Origin: Octopus sinensis | Lineage: Eukaryota | Direction of reading: 5' to 3' | Assembly (NCBI RefSeq): GCF_006345805.1 | Contig: NC_043006.1 | Coordinates: 31,992,001 to 32,056,000 of the forward strand | DNA length: 64,000 nt | In this document: positions 38,301-51,399 of the stretch, one piece after another | Numbering within the stretch: the stretch's first letter is position 1 | Layout: the number at the start of each line of letters is the position of its first letter | Program-made: the position numbers and the translations under genes | Notes under the pieces: generated by a model | What the model saw: only the letters and a program-made list of their open reading frames with translations | Told to the model about the DNA's origin: nothing | The model's database searches: none

Positions 38301-41300
38301 TGATCCATATTCTACATCAAGACAAACCTCTCACTCGTGTTTCAATATTGTTGTTCTTGGTCATCATCATCATCATCGTTTAACGTCCGTTTTCCATGCT
38401 AGCATGGGTTGGACGGTTCAACTGGGGTCTGGGAAGCCAGGAGGCTGCACCAGACCCAGTCTGATCTGGCAGTGTTTCTACAGCTGGATGCCCTTCCTAA
38501 CGCCAACCACTCCATGAGTGTAGTGGGTGCTTTTTACGTGCCACTGGCACAGGTGCCAGGCGAGGCTGGCAACGGCCATGATCGGTTGGTGCTTTTTACG
38601 TGCCACCGGCACGGAGGCCAGTCGAGGCAGCGCTGGCAACAGCCACATTCGGATGGTTCTTTTACATGCCACCGGCACAGGTATCACAACTACAATTTCC
38701 ATTGATTTTTGAGCGATTTTGATTTCACTTGCCTCAACAGGTCTGCCTTGTCAACTGATCTTCAGAAGGCAAGTTCTGCAGATTAACAATAAGCTTAAAA
38801 AAAAAAAAGCAAACAGGTCAACCACCAAGAAACACCTGGGGAGAATTTATGCCACCCAATCTCAGCACCAGATGAGATTTCAATGAAAATCTGTTAAGTA
38901 AATGAGATATTTGTAATCTTTCACATTGCACTAGAGCAATGAGGGTCTTCTACTGCACATGTAGCAAACATCTCTTCTCTGTTCTCTTGTCAGCAATAAG
39001 ACATGGGGTTGCTACTGTCAGTCAGCTAGAGCGATTTCATTATTACACATCCTTTTAATTGTTTTCCATTATTTTCTTGTTCCTAATTAAATATCATTAT
39101 CTGTTCTTTACACGTCTTCTCACCACTTGCTAGAACTCATTTGCCGAACACTTTCCTGTTGTTGTTCTTGATGTAAGCGACCATCATACATATGCCACAT
39201 ACAGAGGTGTGAGTGTGTGTATTAGTGTGTGGTGTTGACATTATTTTCAGTTTTATCGTTACAGGCTTGAAGCTGTTTATTATGGTTGTTACCCTCTCTG
39301 TCCAAATAAATTAGTCTATCCAGAAATATTTCCACGTAAGTATCTTCCAAGTATATTGTCTTATAATGTAACTTCATAGACTTTGCTTCCATGCTTAATA
39401 CCTAACTTTAACTGAAATTCTTTATCGTATCTTATTGCTATGATTTTTTATCAATGATAGACCAGACAAATATACTTCCCATTGGATGCATGTTTTCAAG
39501 CCTCACTTTATTATAATTAATATTAATATTGTTATTAAGGTGAAAGCAGTGAGCTGGTAGAGTCATGAGCATACTGGACAAAATGCTCAGTAGCTTTTTG
39601 TATAGCTTTATGTTCTGGGTTCAAATTCTACCAAGGTTGACTTTGCCATTCATCCTATCAAAGTTTATGAAATAAGTACCAGTTGAGCACTGAGCTCAAT
39701 GTAATTACTGTCACACTTCTCTAGTACCAGCCATCACTCCTACCCGAGACCACTATTGGCCTTCATCATTCTCTCACATCACACTTCTCTAATGCCGACC
39801 ATCACTCCCTCTTCCCCAGATCACTATTGGCCTTCATCATTCCCTCGTGTCACCTTTCTCTACTGTCAGCCATCACTCCCCCTACCCCAGACCACTATTG
39901 GCCTTCATCCTTCTCTCGTATCGGACTTCTCTGCTGCTGTCCATCACTCCCTCTTTCCCAGATCACTATTGGCCTTCATCATTCTCTCGCATCACCCTTC
40001 TCTAGTGCCAACCATCACTCCCGCTTATTAGCACCCTGACTGTCTCTTACCACTTCTGTGACTATCCATTGTATGGCTCTCTCTTTGACTAATAAACATC
40101 ACCGCTTCTCTTTTATCACTCATTACCATCACTGTCTCTCATCCATTTCTCCCTCCTTTAGCAGTCTCTCATTCCAAATATTGGTTCTCATCTTATACTA
40201 TTGTCTCTTTCACCATCTCACCCAAATTTGTTGCCCTCTCATTTATTAATTCTCTTGATCATGCTGGAGACAGCATAATGTTGAAGCGTTGTATCTCCCA
40301 GTACACTCTAGAAAGTGGCTGGTGAACAAGGGAAGACAATGCAAGGCTATTCAAGGACATGACAACCTCTCTAGTGTTTGCACAGTGATGGAAATGCCAT
40401 GTTTACAGGTATGGATGTCTGGTAAGAAGTTTGCTTTTCAAGCTCATAGCTTTGAGAGGCAATAAATTTGGATGAGATGTTGAAAGGGACAGTAGTATAA
40501 TAGCAGATACAGAGTGTTTGAGACAAGAAGGTGCTAGAAGAGGGAGACATGGATGAGAGACAGTGATAGTAATGAGTAATAAAAGGGAGGCAGTGGTGTT
40601 TACTAGTGAGGCAGAGAAAAGAAAGAGAGAGAGAGCCATGCAGTGGATAGTCACAGAAGTGGTAAGAGATAGGGTGTCTTCTATGATAACCTTGGGCTGA
40701 CCAAAACTTTCTGAGTGAATTTGGTAGGCAGAAACTGAAAGAAGTTTGTGTGTGTGTATTACTGGTCTCTTTGCCTTGATTTTGTGTGAAAGTTGTGAAT
40801 AAATGCTATCATTGTGGAATTCATGTCCTTTGTTTTCAATCTTCCATGAAAACATGTCTAGTTACTAAGAATTAAGTGAGGGTTGGTGACAGATGGGCAT
40901 CAGGCTGTAGAATATTTGCCTTGCTATGTTCTGTCCAACCCATGCATGTGTGGAAATAGGGGACATCATAACGATGATGATGATACACACCCTGTAAACT
41001 GTTAAGTGTCAGGAAAGGCTACCATCTGTAAAAACCAAGCTAAGAATAGAATGTAGCAAGCAAAATTGTAGGCTTTTCCAACCTGTGTAGTTGTAAAATA
41101 ATTCTTCTAAGTAAGAAGGAATTTGGATCATGACTACTCCTCCAACCCTTGCTAGCATAGAAAACAGATGTAAAATAACCAAATAAGAGTTAAGTCCCAT
41201 TTCACTGCCATCTCTTGCTTCTTTACTTTCAATGCCAATGTTTTATGGTCAATTTTCTGCGAATTCTTTCAACTTGTTTCTCTTTTTCTGCTTTACTCTT

Positions 41301-41528
41301 TTGCATCTAATCATAATTTTTAATTTACTCTGAATTCTCTCCGTTTCATGGTCCATTTTTTTTGATGTCCACTTTTCTGAGCTTGCATAGGCCAGATGGC
41401 GTTTGGTGAGGCAGATTTTCTATGCCCTTCCTGTTGCTAACCCTTACCTAGTGGTTCCCAACCTTTTCACTACCAAGGTCTCCTTTTATTTAAATGAGTT
41501 TTCCCACTGACCCCTTTTAATATCCTTA

Positions 41529-41588
<60 letters not shown>

Positions 41589-42311
41589 TGAAATTTTGAA
41601 TTTAGTTCATGGACCTCCGATACTACTGTTGTGGACTACAGGTTGGGAACCACTGCCCTCTCCTCTTTCCAAGCAATATTTCCCCATATCCAGACATGTT
41701 TTCACAAAAGATTGAAAATGAGCAGCATTCAATTTACAACAATGAATGCAATGCCAAAACAAGGAGAGAGACAGATGCATGCATGTATGTGAAGGGCTTC
41801 TTTATAGTTTCTGTCTGCCCATTTCATTCACAAGGCGTTGGTCAGCCTGGGGCTATAATAGAAGATACTTGACCAAGGTGCCACACAATGGGACTGAACC
41901 TGAAACCTTATGGTAGGGAAGTAAACTTCCTAAGTACACAGCTGTATTAAATACGGCAATACCAACTGTTAAAACCTATATTCTTATCCCAATCAGATAT
42001 CTATGTATGTGTGTTTGTTGTGTGTATATACATGTATATATATACATATATATGTATCTATCTCCTTCCAATCTGTATATTTTTCACCTTTTTCTGTTTT
42101 TGTTTGTTTGTTTTCCTCCTATTTCTTGAATGTTGTTCAAGTCCTCGTCAGTTCTATTCTGTGAAGATATCCACCAGAGAAACAAGATGGCTGTTTTCTC
42201 AGAGACAGTTTTAACCAACTTAAATATTTACTTAATCTCAACAATTGATTTCTATTGACTGGTCCTTTTATTGACAATGGCAACATCTGTTATTAATTGC
42301 AAACATAAGCA

Positions 42312-42345
<34 letters not shown>

Positions 42346-44877
42346 ACACACACACACGTGTGTTCATTTGTGAGCAGAATCGAAATATAAAATCACAGTC
42401 TTCTTTTGCATCATTTAAAATTTACAAAACGAATATTTAAAATACTTATTTCAAAAATGATTGTATTTTTTTTCTATTTCCTTCTGTAAATTACATATTT
42501 AAACTGATAACATCTAATTTTTTGTTTTTCTTTTAGAATGCTACCTTTATAACACAGAACATCAGTTGTTTAAAAAGTTGAAGAGATTTTGTAAATTCCC
42601 TCATTTGACTAAAAAATTACCAGAAAAGGTAAAGCTTATGAAATTTTAATTTTTATCCTTATTGAGGCGTTTTTTAAAAGCATGTGGCCTAGTGGTTATG
42701 GTGTTACACTCATGACCTGGTGACCATGGGTTCATTCCTGGACAGAGCAGGATGTTGTGTTCTTGAGTGAACCATTTCATTTCATGTTGCTCCAGTCCAC
42801 TCAACCGTAAATGGGTTACACCTCCAACAGAATAGCTTTCCATTCGGGGGAAAATGTTGGCCTGATTGTCTAGAATGATGTAAATGAAGCTAACATGATG
42901 TAAAGTGCATTGTGACCAGTGATGTCTATAAGAACATCTGATAGGCTGATTGATCACATGACCAAGGTTCTTTTGTTAATCTGCAGTTGTCTCATGGCAA
43001 GCCTTAATTATTTCACCAAACCCTTGTTTTAACTGCATTCAACATCCAACAGGGTAGTTTGAATCCTCCAGCAGAGAAGAACTTACTTAGAATGGAACAA
43101 GGCTTGAAATCTGGAGGCAAGCTATTAATCAATACTTTATCAACCCCTAATTCATATTCTACACAAATGGATCTCATACCTGTTCCATGTTTAAAAGAAA
43201 TCCTCTTCATCGTCATCATTGTTTAACGTCCGTTTTCCATGCTGGCATGGGTTGGATGGTTGTACCAGGCTCCAATCTGATCTGGCAGAGTTTCTACAGC
43301 TGGATGTCCTTCCTAATGCCAACCACTCCGAAAGTGTAGTGGGTGCTTTTTACGTGCTACCGGCACAGGAGTCGATCATTGGGTACTAGTTTGAGCCATG
43401 TGCAGTTGGTGCTTTTTATGTACCACTGGCATGGGAGTCAGTCAGGAGGCACAGGCCACAGCTATGATATTGGTTTTACTTGACTCTTTAAGAATTGTAA
43501 AATAAATATTGTTAAAATATTTTGTTCTTGTATTGGGTCATCCCATAAATGATGCAGTTTTTTCAATTACATGAACTAAAAGTTGGAGGAGGATGGGATA
43601 AACTACCTGCATCAACTTAGTATCAAAGCAGGTAGTAATTTTACCTTGTACTTATTCTTAGTGCAAGTTTTGAAGAGTGCAGTTTGATTTTAAGTAACTT
43701 TTTCAAACCTATAATGGAAGTGACAAAGGAGCATATTTTGCTTTATGAGTTCAATAAAAGCAACAATGCAACGAGGAATATTAATGCAGTATATGGGGAT
43801 CAGACAATAAGCATAAGCCAGTTTCAATGGCTTATGCTTATTGTCAGAAATTACAGCCTACAAGACGAACCTCATCCAGGAAGATCTGTAGAGCATGACA
43901 AGGACGTCCTGCAAAGCCTGGTGGAACAAAATCTCATTGTAACTGTTGAGAAACTAGCAGAGAAGCTTAGATTTGGTCATTCAACTATTCATCAACACCT
44001 GCATGCTATTGGATAAGTCAGCAAATTGGGTCAGTGGGTTCCTCACAAATTTTCTTAGTCTAATTGCATGCTAAGAGAATGTGTGCTTTTCTTTGCTGTC
44101 AAGTCTCATGAAAGAAACTTTTTTGGACTGAATAGTGACTGATGAAGAGAAATGTCAAGCACTGAAGACTGTGGGTAGGGAAAGAAGAAACACTGGCAAC
44201 CCATGCTAAAGAGGGTCTTCACCCACATAAGGTGTTGTTATCTGTTTGGTGGGATATGAAAAGTTAAGTTCACTTTGAACTTTTAAAACCAAATGATAAC
44301 AAATATCTGCTGTGGCCAGCTTGAGCAGCTTAAGTCTGCACTAGAAGAAAAAAGACCACATCTTTGGTTTCAAGACGAAAGGTGTTCTTCCATCAGGATA
44401 ATGCTTGGCTACATACAGTGGGGTTGACATTCCATGTGCATGAAAGTGAAGTAGGTGCTTTTTTTATGTGCCCCTGGCACAGGGGCCAGAGGGGGCTAGC
44501 ATCGACCACGATCGGACGGTGCTTTTTACGTGCCACTGGCACAAAAACTGAAAGAAGCCTATCTGTGTGTGTGTGTGTACCCTTGTTTAGAGCTCCCATG
44601 ATAGCTGTGAATGAGTATCATTGACAAACAGGCGAGGCTACTCATTTCCATTTATCCATGAAAAACATGTCTAAATCTGAGATTTCATCCTTTTGGGGTT
44701 GCTTGGAAATGGGTGAGGTCATGTTATTTGTATTTGTTTTCTTTATATATTAATCTATCTCTTTATGATTTTATATTTCAGATTGATTTGCAACGCTTTA
44801 TGTGGAAACAACTCAAAGAATCATATGAGGAGGTTCTAAAAGGAACTGTGTCTCCAGATCAGACAAAGACAAACTGA
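25172..44877 (+). CDS. GTDC1: tRNA-queuosine alpha-mannosyltransferase (GTDC1/QTMAN ortholog), spliced CDS join(25172..25353,30060..30227,32809..33291,34618..34727,36368..36512,39265..39335,42537..42628,44782..44877), 448 aa
   Basis: Eight GT-AG exons with compatible phases (2,2,2,1,2,1,0) sum to 1347 nt. Translation carries GTDC1 motifs [79 protein letters not shown] and [15 protein letters not shown], recognised from recalled human GTDC1. Confidence 0.96.
28528..28952 (+). mobile_element. Composite tRNA-head / Penelope-like-tail element (28737-28952, +) with an inverted partial tail copy (28528-28663, -); carries a decayed hammerhead motif
   Basis: A box TGGCATAGTGG 28742-52, B box GTTTGATTCC 28787-96, and CTGAAGA-aGGCTG-loop-CAGCT-GAAAC at 28872-28904. 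The same junction recurs at 57223-57502. Confidence 0.7.
30060..30227 (+). CDS. GTDC1: GTDC1/QTMAN exon 2 ([13 protein letters not shown]...YNQILS)
   Basis: Long pyrimidine tract plus ag at 30058-59; donor TG|gtaagc. Confidence 0.96.
30680..32670 (-). mobile_element. 5'-truncated, decayed RTE-like LINE, antisense in QTMAN intron 2
   Basis: [54 protein letters not shown] and WYGHV motifs, followed by a 3' UTR and (GAT)n tail. Confidence 0.9.
32809..33291 (+). CDS. GTDC1: GTDC1/QTMAN exon 3 ([13 protein letters not shown]...LHIVWPHR), including the poorly conserved linker
   Basis: ttcaacag acceptor; donor TG|gtaagt; matches ORF 32813..33295. Confidence 0.96.
34618..34727 (+). CDS. GTDC1: GTDC1/QTMAN exon 4 ([10 protein letters not shown]...QSFSEVP)
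   Basis: tttccag acceptor; donor G|gtaatt. Confidence 0.95.
36368..36512 (+). CDS. GTDC1: GTDC1/QTMAN exon 5 (VFIQSKEKL...KHEFFGVS)
   Basis: atttcag acceptor; donor AT|gtaagt. Confidence 0.95.
39265..39335 (+). CDS. GTDC1: GTDC1/QTMAN exon 6 ([23 protein letters not shown])
   Basis: ttacag acceptor; donor C|gtaagt. Confidence 0.95.
39712..40025. repeat. 71-bp minisatellite, about 4.5 copies, in QTMAN intron 6
   Basis: tattggccttcatc recurs at 39754, 39825, 39896 and 39967 (71-bp spacing). Confidence 0.92.
40032..40678. repeat. Imperfect inverted repeat, arms about 210-230 bp (40032-40240 and 40445-40678)
   Basis: ctcttaccacttctgtgactatcca...catcactgtctctcatccat...catctcacccaaattt mirrored by aaatttggatgagatg...atggatgagagacagtgat...tggatagtcacagaagtggtaagag. 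Confidence 0.85.
41449..41655. mobile_element. hAT (Charlie/Buster-type) MITE containing a (TG)n(TA)n run
   Basis: TIRs tagtggttcccaacc / ggttgggaaccactg; flanks cccttacc / ccctctcc fit a decayed 8-bp TSD. Confidence 0.75.
42537..42628 (+). CDS. GTDC1: GTDC1/QTMAN exon 7 ([21 protein letters not shown]...PEK)
   Basis: T-rich tract plus ttttag acceptor; donor AAG|gtaaag. Confidence 0.92.
43531..44430 (+). mobile_element. Decayed mariner element (same family as 10137-11039), 3' end disrupted, in QTMAN intron 7
   Basis: 5' TIR tattgggtcatcccataaat; [15 protein letters not shown]...[10 protein letters not shown]...TVEKLAEKL...[10 protein letters not shown] remnant; VFFHQDNA motif. Confidence 0.88.
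44782..44877 (+). CDS. GTDC1: GTDC1/QTMAN terminal coding exon 8 ([19 protein letters not shown]...KTN*)
   Basis: atttcag acceptor, phase 0, TGA at 44875-77; resembles the human C-terminal FSWAALHGKF segment. Confidence 0.85.
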   Translation: MDLQRFMWKQLKESYEEVLKGTVSPDQTKTN

Positions 44878-47800
44878 GAATGTTAAGGGCAAAGATTTTT
44901 CAGTCGAGGACATACTTGATACTGACCTTACGGTAAAAATTGCTTTCCTGGCTGCTTGTGAAGCACTTCATCTTCCAAATCTGTGAAATATCTTAAATAA
45001 ATCTGGGACAATTTTTGCAAGAAAAATATATAAGGTGTGAGTGCGATATATTTGATAGAAAAATACATATCATATTTCATTATTTGAAGATGAAGTGAAG
45101 TAGGCCAGCAGTTGGTGATGGAAATACAGTGTTTTGTGAGATACAGTGTATGTTTTGTAGGTCTGTTGACTGCAAGGTTGTGAGTTGTAATCATCTTACA
45201 CAGATTATGTTTGGATTTAACTGACTGTTATGGTATGTCCTCTCTCTTAGAAAAGCACCTAAATCTGCTTTAAGGTGAAGGGCTTAGCAGCAGCAGAAAG
45301 CGCATCTAATTACAAAAGCATTTGCTTCATATTGCAGCAACACCATACTTCTATTCTAACATGAGAAAATACACACATTGGTGCGTGTGTGTGTGTAAAT
45401 AGATATAGTCTTAAAAATCACTATCCTTTACCAATCAAATCTTATCCAAAACATATACTAATTTGAGCCATGTGGTCCCTATAAAAATAGGACAAGCTTC
45501 AAACACTAGTCAGAGACAAGACAGTTGCAGCATAACACGTCTATCTCAACTTTTGAAAATCAGTGTATATTGTGAAACCGGTTAAATCTTTAAATATAAT
45601 AAAAAAATTTTTAACTACTCTCAGGGCATTTTCAACTTCTATTATATATATATATATTTTCGGAGTAAATTAAGTATTATTTTAATTGAATAATGCCATC
45701 ATATCATTTTTCTATTACCTTTATTTAATGAATAATTGGGCTCATTTAACATTGAAATTTAAAAGTTACTCTGGTAGAGTTTTTTCAGTGAAATCATTCC
45801 ACAATCAACAAACTGTAGCAAGATGCTGCAATTTGTTGAGACACAATCAGTCCATCAGTTCATACGTTGAATGTAAATGTTTGCAATGATTCATCACGAT
45901 TTCATACCCATTTTTCCATGGGTCAGATGGTATCTGTTGAGGCAGATTTTCAACTACCAGATGTTGCCCTTCCTCTTTCCAAGCAAGGTAATATTTCCCC
46001 ATGTTTTTCATGGAACACAAGAAACAAACAGCCTCGCTTGTATGACAGTGATGTTCATTTACAACTATCATGTGAGGTCAAGACAAGTGTACACACACTC
46101 GACAGGCTTCTTTCAGTTTCCATTTACTAAACTCACAAGGCCTGGGAATATAACAGAGGACACTTGCCTAAGGTGATGTGCTGTGGAACTGAACCCAAGA
46201 CCACATGGTTGGGAAGCAAGCTTCTTAACTACATAACCATGCCCATGCCTATGTTAACCTTGGGCCTTTATTCAATTACTCAACAAGTGCTACAATATAT
46301 TTATGCTCTTTCCACTGTGGTTGACTTTGCCTTTCATCCTTTGGGGTTGATAAATTAAGTAGCAGTTGTGTACTGGGGTAGATCTAATCCCCCGAAATTT
46401 TGGGCTTTCTAGAAAAGAACAGAAAAGAATATATTTATACTCTTTGTGACTTTATGTGATGCATCTTCTCCCTCTATACCCAATTAGAGGCTGTCATCTT
46501 TTTAACACTGTGTGCTGCAGCAGCAGCAATTGATCCCCTATCTCCTTGCTCAGTGGTAGACAGCACACAAATGAGTTTCAAGTGCTCACCCCTTTTCTTC
46601 TTTCCTGTTTGCCCCCCTCCTGAAATACCAGTTCTTGTACCTTGAGACAAACTATCATTGCTTTGAGACTTTCATCACCCAGAATTAAACGCTCTGCATA
46701 ACCGTAAATCAAATGAGAAAATTTATTTCAATTTGAAACAAATTCCTACCATTTCACACAATTCAAACCACTGACTTTTTTTTCTTTTCTGTCACATGGT
46801 TCAGTCATTAGACAGTGGCCAGGCTGGGGCACTGCCTTTGAAGAATTTTCAGTGAATGAATCAACCCCAGTCCTTTTTTTAAAGCCTGGTACTTATTCTG
46901 TCAGTTTTTTTTGCTGAACCACTAAGTTACCAGCATCTAAGCACACCAACACCAGTTGTCAAACAGTGGTGGGACACACACACACACACACAGTGAGTTT
47001 CTGTCTGCCAAATCCACTTGCAGGTCTTCGGTCAGCTCGTGGCTATAGCAGATGCTCAAAATGCCATGCAGTAGGACTGAACCTGGGACCATGTGGTTGG
47101 GAAGGAAGCTTCTGGTCACACCTATTTATTTTATGTAAATATTTTAATTTGCTTCAGGTTTATTTTAATTTGTATATGAAAAGATGCAGTTAATGGCTGG
47201 AAGTTAAAGAGGTTTGCTGTAAGGTGAAGAATGGCTGCTTTCATAGCTTGCATGGCTCATTTCAACATTTGCTTTTAATGATTTCGTATGCAGACACTAC
47301 ATGATGAAATTTTCATTGCTGTCCCTGTGACCCTAAAACTGAAGGACACCAACTTCATGCACAGCAGATTTCAATCTTCTAGATTTGAAAGATTCACATT
47401 AACGATTGCTCCTCCTTTTTTTTAAACTTATTTTTCCAATTCAGAGTCTGTAACTTGTATGGAAGAGTATTTTTCCAAGAAAGTCATTTATAACAGTATT
47501 GTAAAAAAATTTATTTATGTTATGACTTTTGTAAAAAAAAATTTTATTTAAAAAAGTTTTGTTTTCTTTTTTATGGAAATGGTTTGTATTGTGTGCTGGA
47601 GAATACGGACAACTGAAAACTCATTCATACATACATATATGTGTATACACATGCACATTGATACACACACAAGTGCACAAACAAACAAACAAACAAAAAG
47701 AATGCAGATCTGATAACGGACAGTCAAAAACTATGGAAGAGGTTGCAAGAAAGAAAAAATTAAATAAATAAGTAAATGAGTGGAAATTGAACCAGTGTGT

Positions 47801-48667
47801 TAATTAATAAGACAATTAAAACAATGACAATAAAATATGCTTCAACATGCAAATTCACATAAAGAATCTGGCAAACCAAATACAAAAACCAAATAAAACT
47901 CGTTCTGTTATATGTGAATGTAATATAGGGATATTAATTAGCAGAACGATTAGAAAACAACTTTATGGTGTTTCTTCTGGCTTTTTACGTTCTGGGTTCA
48001 AACTGTAAAGGGATCAACTTTGCCTTCCATTCTTTTGGGGTTGATAAAATAAAGTACCAGTCTGTGGTATTAACTAATCCCTTCCTTCAAAATTGCTGGC
48101 CTTGTAGCTTAATCAGAAACCAGTAGATGTGAGCATAATATTTTATCTTTTCCTTGTTTCAGTCATAAGTCTGTGGCCATGCTGGAGCACTGCCTTGAAA
48201 AATTTTTAGATGAACGAATTGACCCCAGTACTTATTTTTTTAAAAAACCTGGTACTTATTCTGTCAGTCTTTTTTGCTGAACTGCCAAGTTACAAGGACA
48301 TAAACATACCAACACTGGTTGTCAAGCAGTGGTGGGCGACAAAGACACACACACACACACATATAAATGTATATACAATGGGCTTCTTTCAGTTTCCAGG
48401 TACTAAATCTACTCACAGGGCTTTGGTTGGCTCAGGGCCATAGAAGATGACACTTGCCCAAGGTGCTATGCAGTGGGACCGAACCTGGGATCATGTTGTT
48501 GGGAACCAAGCTTCTTGCCACACAGCCTGTGTCTATCACACACAGCTTAACAACCAGTGTTGGTTTTTTTATATCATTGTAACTTAGCAATTTGGCAAAA
48601 GAGACTGATAAAAGAAGTAAGTAACAAACTTAAAAATAAGTACTGGGCTCAATATGTTTGACTAAAC

Positions 48668-51068
48668 ACATGATTCCCAATGTGGGGCATGGTAATATTT
48701 GGTGAGGCATGTCTAGGTTTATGTTAAAAGAAAGAAAAAAAACTCTTTACATTCCTTCTGTGGACAATTTTATCAAATTTTGACACTTTAGAGACAACAG
48801 ATTATTTTCATCATCTTCAAAGATCTGATGTCACTAAAGACACCATCCATTCCTTCTTTAGTGACATCAGATCCTTCAATTTAGTGATAATTACAAAAGC
48901 ATATGTGAGAAAGAGAGAGAGTGTGTGTGTTTGTACTACAGAACTGGTCAGTTGGTCAGTACTAAAAGCAATGCCATCTTAATTCCCTATGGAGAAATAA
49001 ACTGGAGACAGACTTACATGTGTGGGTGTCTAAAAGTAGTTTCTCTTATCTCTGGCAACAAAAATCCTGGTACACAAGAGAAATTGTGGTGCTAAATGGG
49101 GTGAGGGATGAAAGAATTGAATGGTGTGGGACAGGTTGAAATGGAGCAGAGGTAGGGGGTAGTGTCAGTGAAGGAAGAGAAAAAGGTAGAGAGAGAGATT
49201 TATGGTGCTGGTAATGCACACACACACACATGAAAATTAACAAGTCATACTATTGGAGAGGATTTTATTAAACATCAATATCAGCATTTTTTAAAACAGT
49301 CCTGGAAAAAGACGACAAAGTTGTTCAAGCCATGTCACTTAGTAATAATACTGTTATTAGAAGAACAGATGAAATGAGTGAAGATGTTGAAAAGCTGAAA
49401 TCAAGAAAATTCCCATTACAAATGGATGAATCAACTCTAAGAGACAGCAAGGTTGTATTGCATACCTAGGCAACATATATTGATAAAGGTGAATTTGCTG
49501 AAGAAATGATATTCTGTGAATCATTAGAATCCACCACCACTGATATATATGATAATCTAAAAAATTACTTGGATGTCAACAATATACCAATAGAGTGCTG
49601 CAGATGGTGCTTCTGTTATGATGGGCAAGAAAAAAGGCTGCTTAAAATTGATGAAAGATGAGAACCCAGAAATGCTTCTTGTGTACTGTGTTATTCTTAG
49701 AGAGAACTTAATATCCAAGAATGTCTCCTGTTCTCAATGAGGTACTAAAATCGGTTATAAAATGTATCAATGCTATCAAAGCTAATGCCAAATGTGAGTG
49801 TCTTTTCAAGCAGTTTTAAGAAATTGCAGACTATGTGAGACTTTTATCTCACACTGAGGTAAGGTGGTTCTCAAATGGGGAATTGCTTGAAAAAATTTAT
49901 GGAACTATTTGATGTTCTCAGTGACTTTTTAAGTGACAAGCTTGAAATGAAGCACCTGCTAACTGTTGATGGTAAAGCATTTGTGAGTTATTTAACAGAT
50001 ATCTTTGGAAAACTGAATATGTTAAATAAACAGCTTCAAGGATCAAATAAAACTCTTATTGATGCAAAGACGAAGACATTTGTCTTTGTTACATTCATTG
50101 AGGTATGTCAAAAAAATTTTTGACCAGTTTCATTGGCTAAAAAATGTGAGGTGACCGATGCTGCTGTACTTGTCATCATGGATCATCTGAAAATATTGGC
50201 CTCTGATTTGAAAGATTTTCTGGTTTAAAAAATTGATTTTCCATCACGGGTGATGCAGCCAATGCTAGTGGATATATCTGATGTTTTGATACAGTACCAA
50301 GAAGAACTCTCGGAAATGCAAACTGATGACACAGTGAAAACTTTATTCAATATAAAAGGAGTGATGTCATGGCTTTGTGATGAGATAGAAACCAAATACG
50401 TAAATTCAACCAACTTTGCAAGAAAATTGTTACTGTTCCAATCTTCATATTTAGCTGAATATGGCTGTAGTGCTGTAAATGATTTGTTATTGAAGAAAAG
50501 AAATTGGCTGGATATCACTAAACGAGGGGACTTGAGACTAAAGCTGACTAAATTGGTGCCTAATATAAAATTTCTCAGGAGCAGGCACGAAGCACAAGGA
50601 TCTCACTAACTTTAGTTATTTTATATTTCTGCATTTCACTTCTCTATTATAAGTTTGTTGTATCTTAATTGATACTGTTCTGTGTGGTATTATGATGACG
50701 TACTTTGGCGTCGGCCTGACTGGCCTGGACTGCGTGAGTGGCTGAATGGCATGCCCCACCAACTATCCCACTCATTACGCCTGTCAACTATTTATTTCTA
50801 GTGGAACAGCCCACTTCTCTGGCTCGGGGGTGTCCTCCACAACAATGTTTTTGAAACAGTATTTATTTAACTGCCCTTCCGTTTTTTATTTTTCTCTTTC
50901 AGGAATGCCATGTTCTTGGAAGCTTGTTTAGTGACCAAGTTAATAGCCTTTTAAGCTTCCTCCAAGTGAATAGTAGTAAAATTTTGAATAACAAAAATGT
51001 CACAAGGGGCATCAGGATTCTAGAAACGATTTGATGGGGCATGGCCAAAAATCGGTTGGGAGCCACTG
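48668..51068 (+). mobile_element. Full-span decayed Buster/Charlie-type hAT transposon nested in a SINE
   Basis: 8-bp TSD GACTAAAC (48660-67, 51069-76); 3' TIR ggttgggagccactg; degenerate 5' TIR acatgattcccaa; transposase remnants at about 49236-50609 (HTIGE, LSNNTV, QMDEST, SYLAEYGCSAV...RGDLRLKLTKLVPNI...AQGSH*). Confidence 0.88.
48822..48873. repeat. Perfect 19-bp hairpin with a 14-nt loop
   Basis: gatctgatgtcactaaaga / tctttagtgacatcagatc. Confidence 0.9.
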
Positions 51069-51399
51069 GACTAAACCCTTCAAAGAAGTGCCCCAGCATG
51101 GCTGCCATCCAATGATTGAAATAGATACAATATGAAAATAACTTATAATGTGCAAATGAAGAGATAATGAACTTCTCTTCATTAACTGGAAATGAATGAG
51201 GTTTTGCACTTCTGTATTGCTGAAAACTTGGTCTTTATATTTACTTGGGGCTATATTGGAAGTATTAATATCTGTTTATTCCTTTTCCAAGCATTCTTTT
51301 AATAACAGTTAATGGGGGTGGTTTGTGCATTGTTCAGTTTTTGTTTGTTATTTCTTGTTTTTTTTTCTTTAGAAAAGGATTATCTGCACCAAATTCTTT

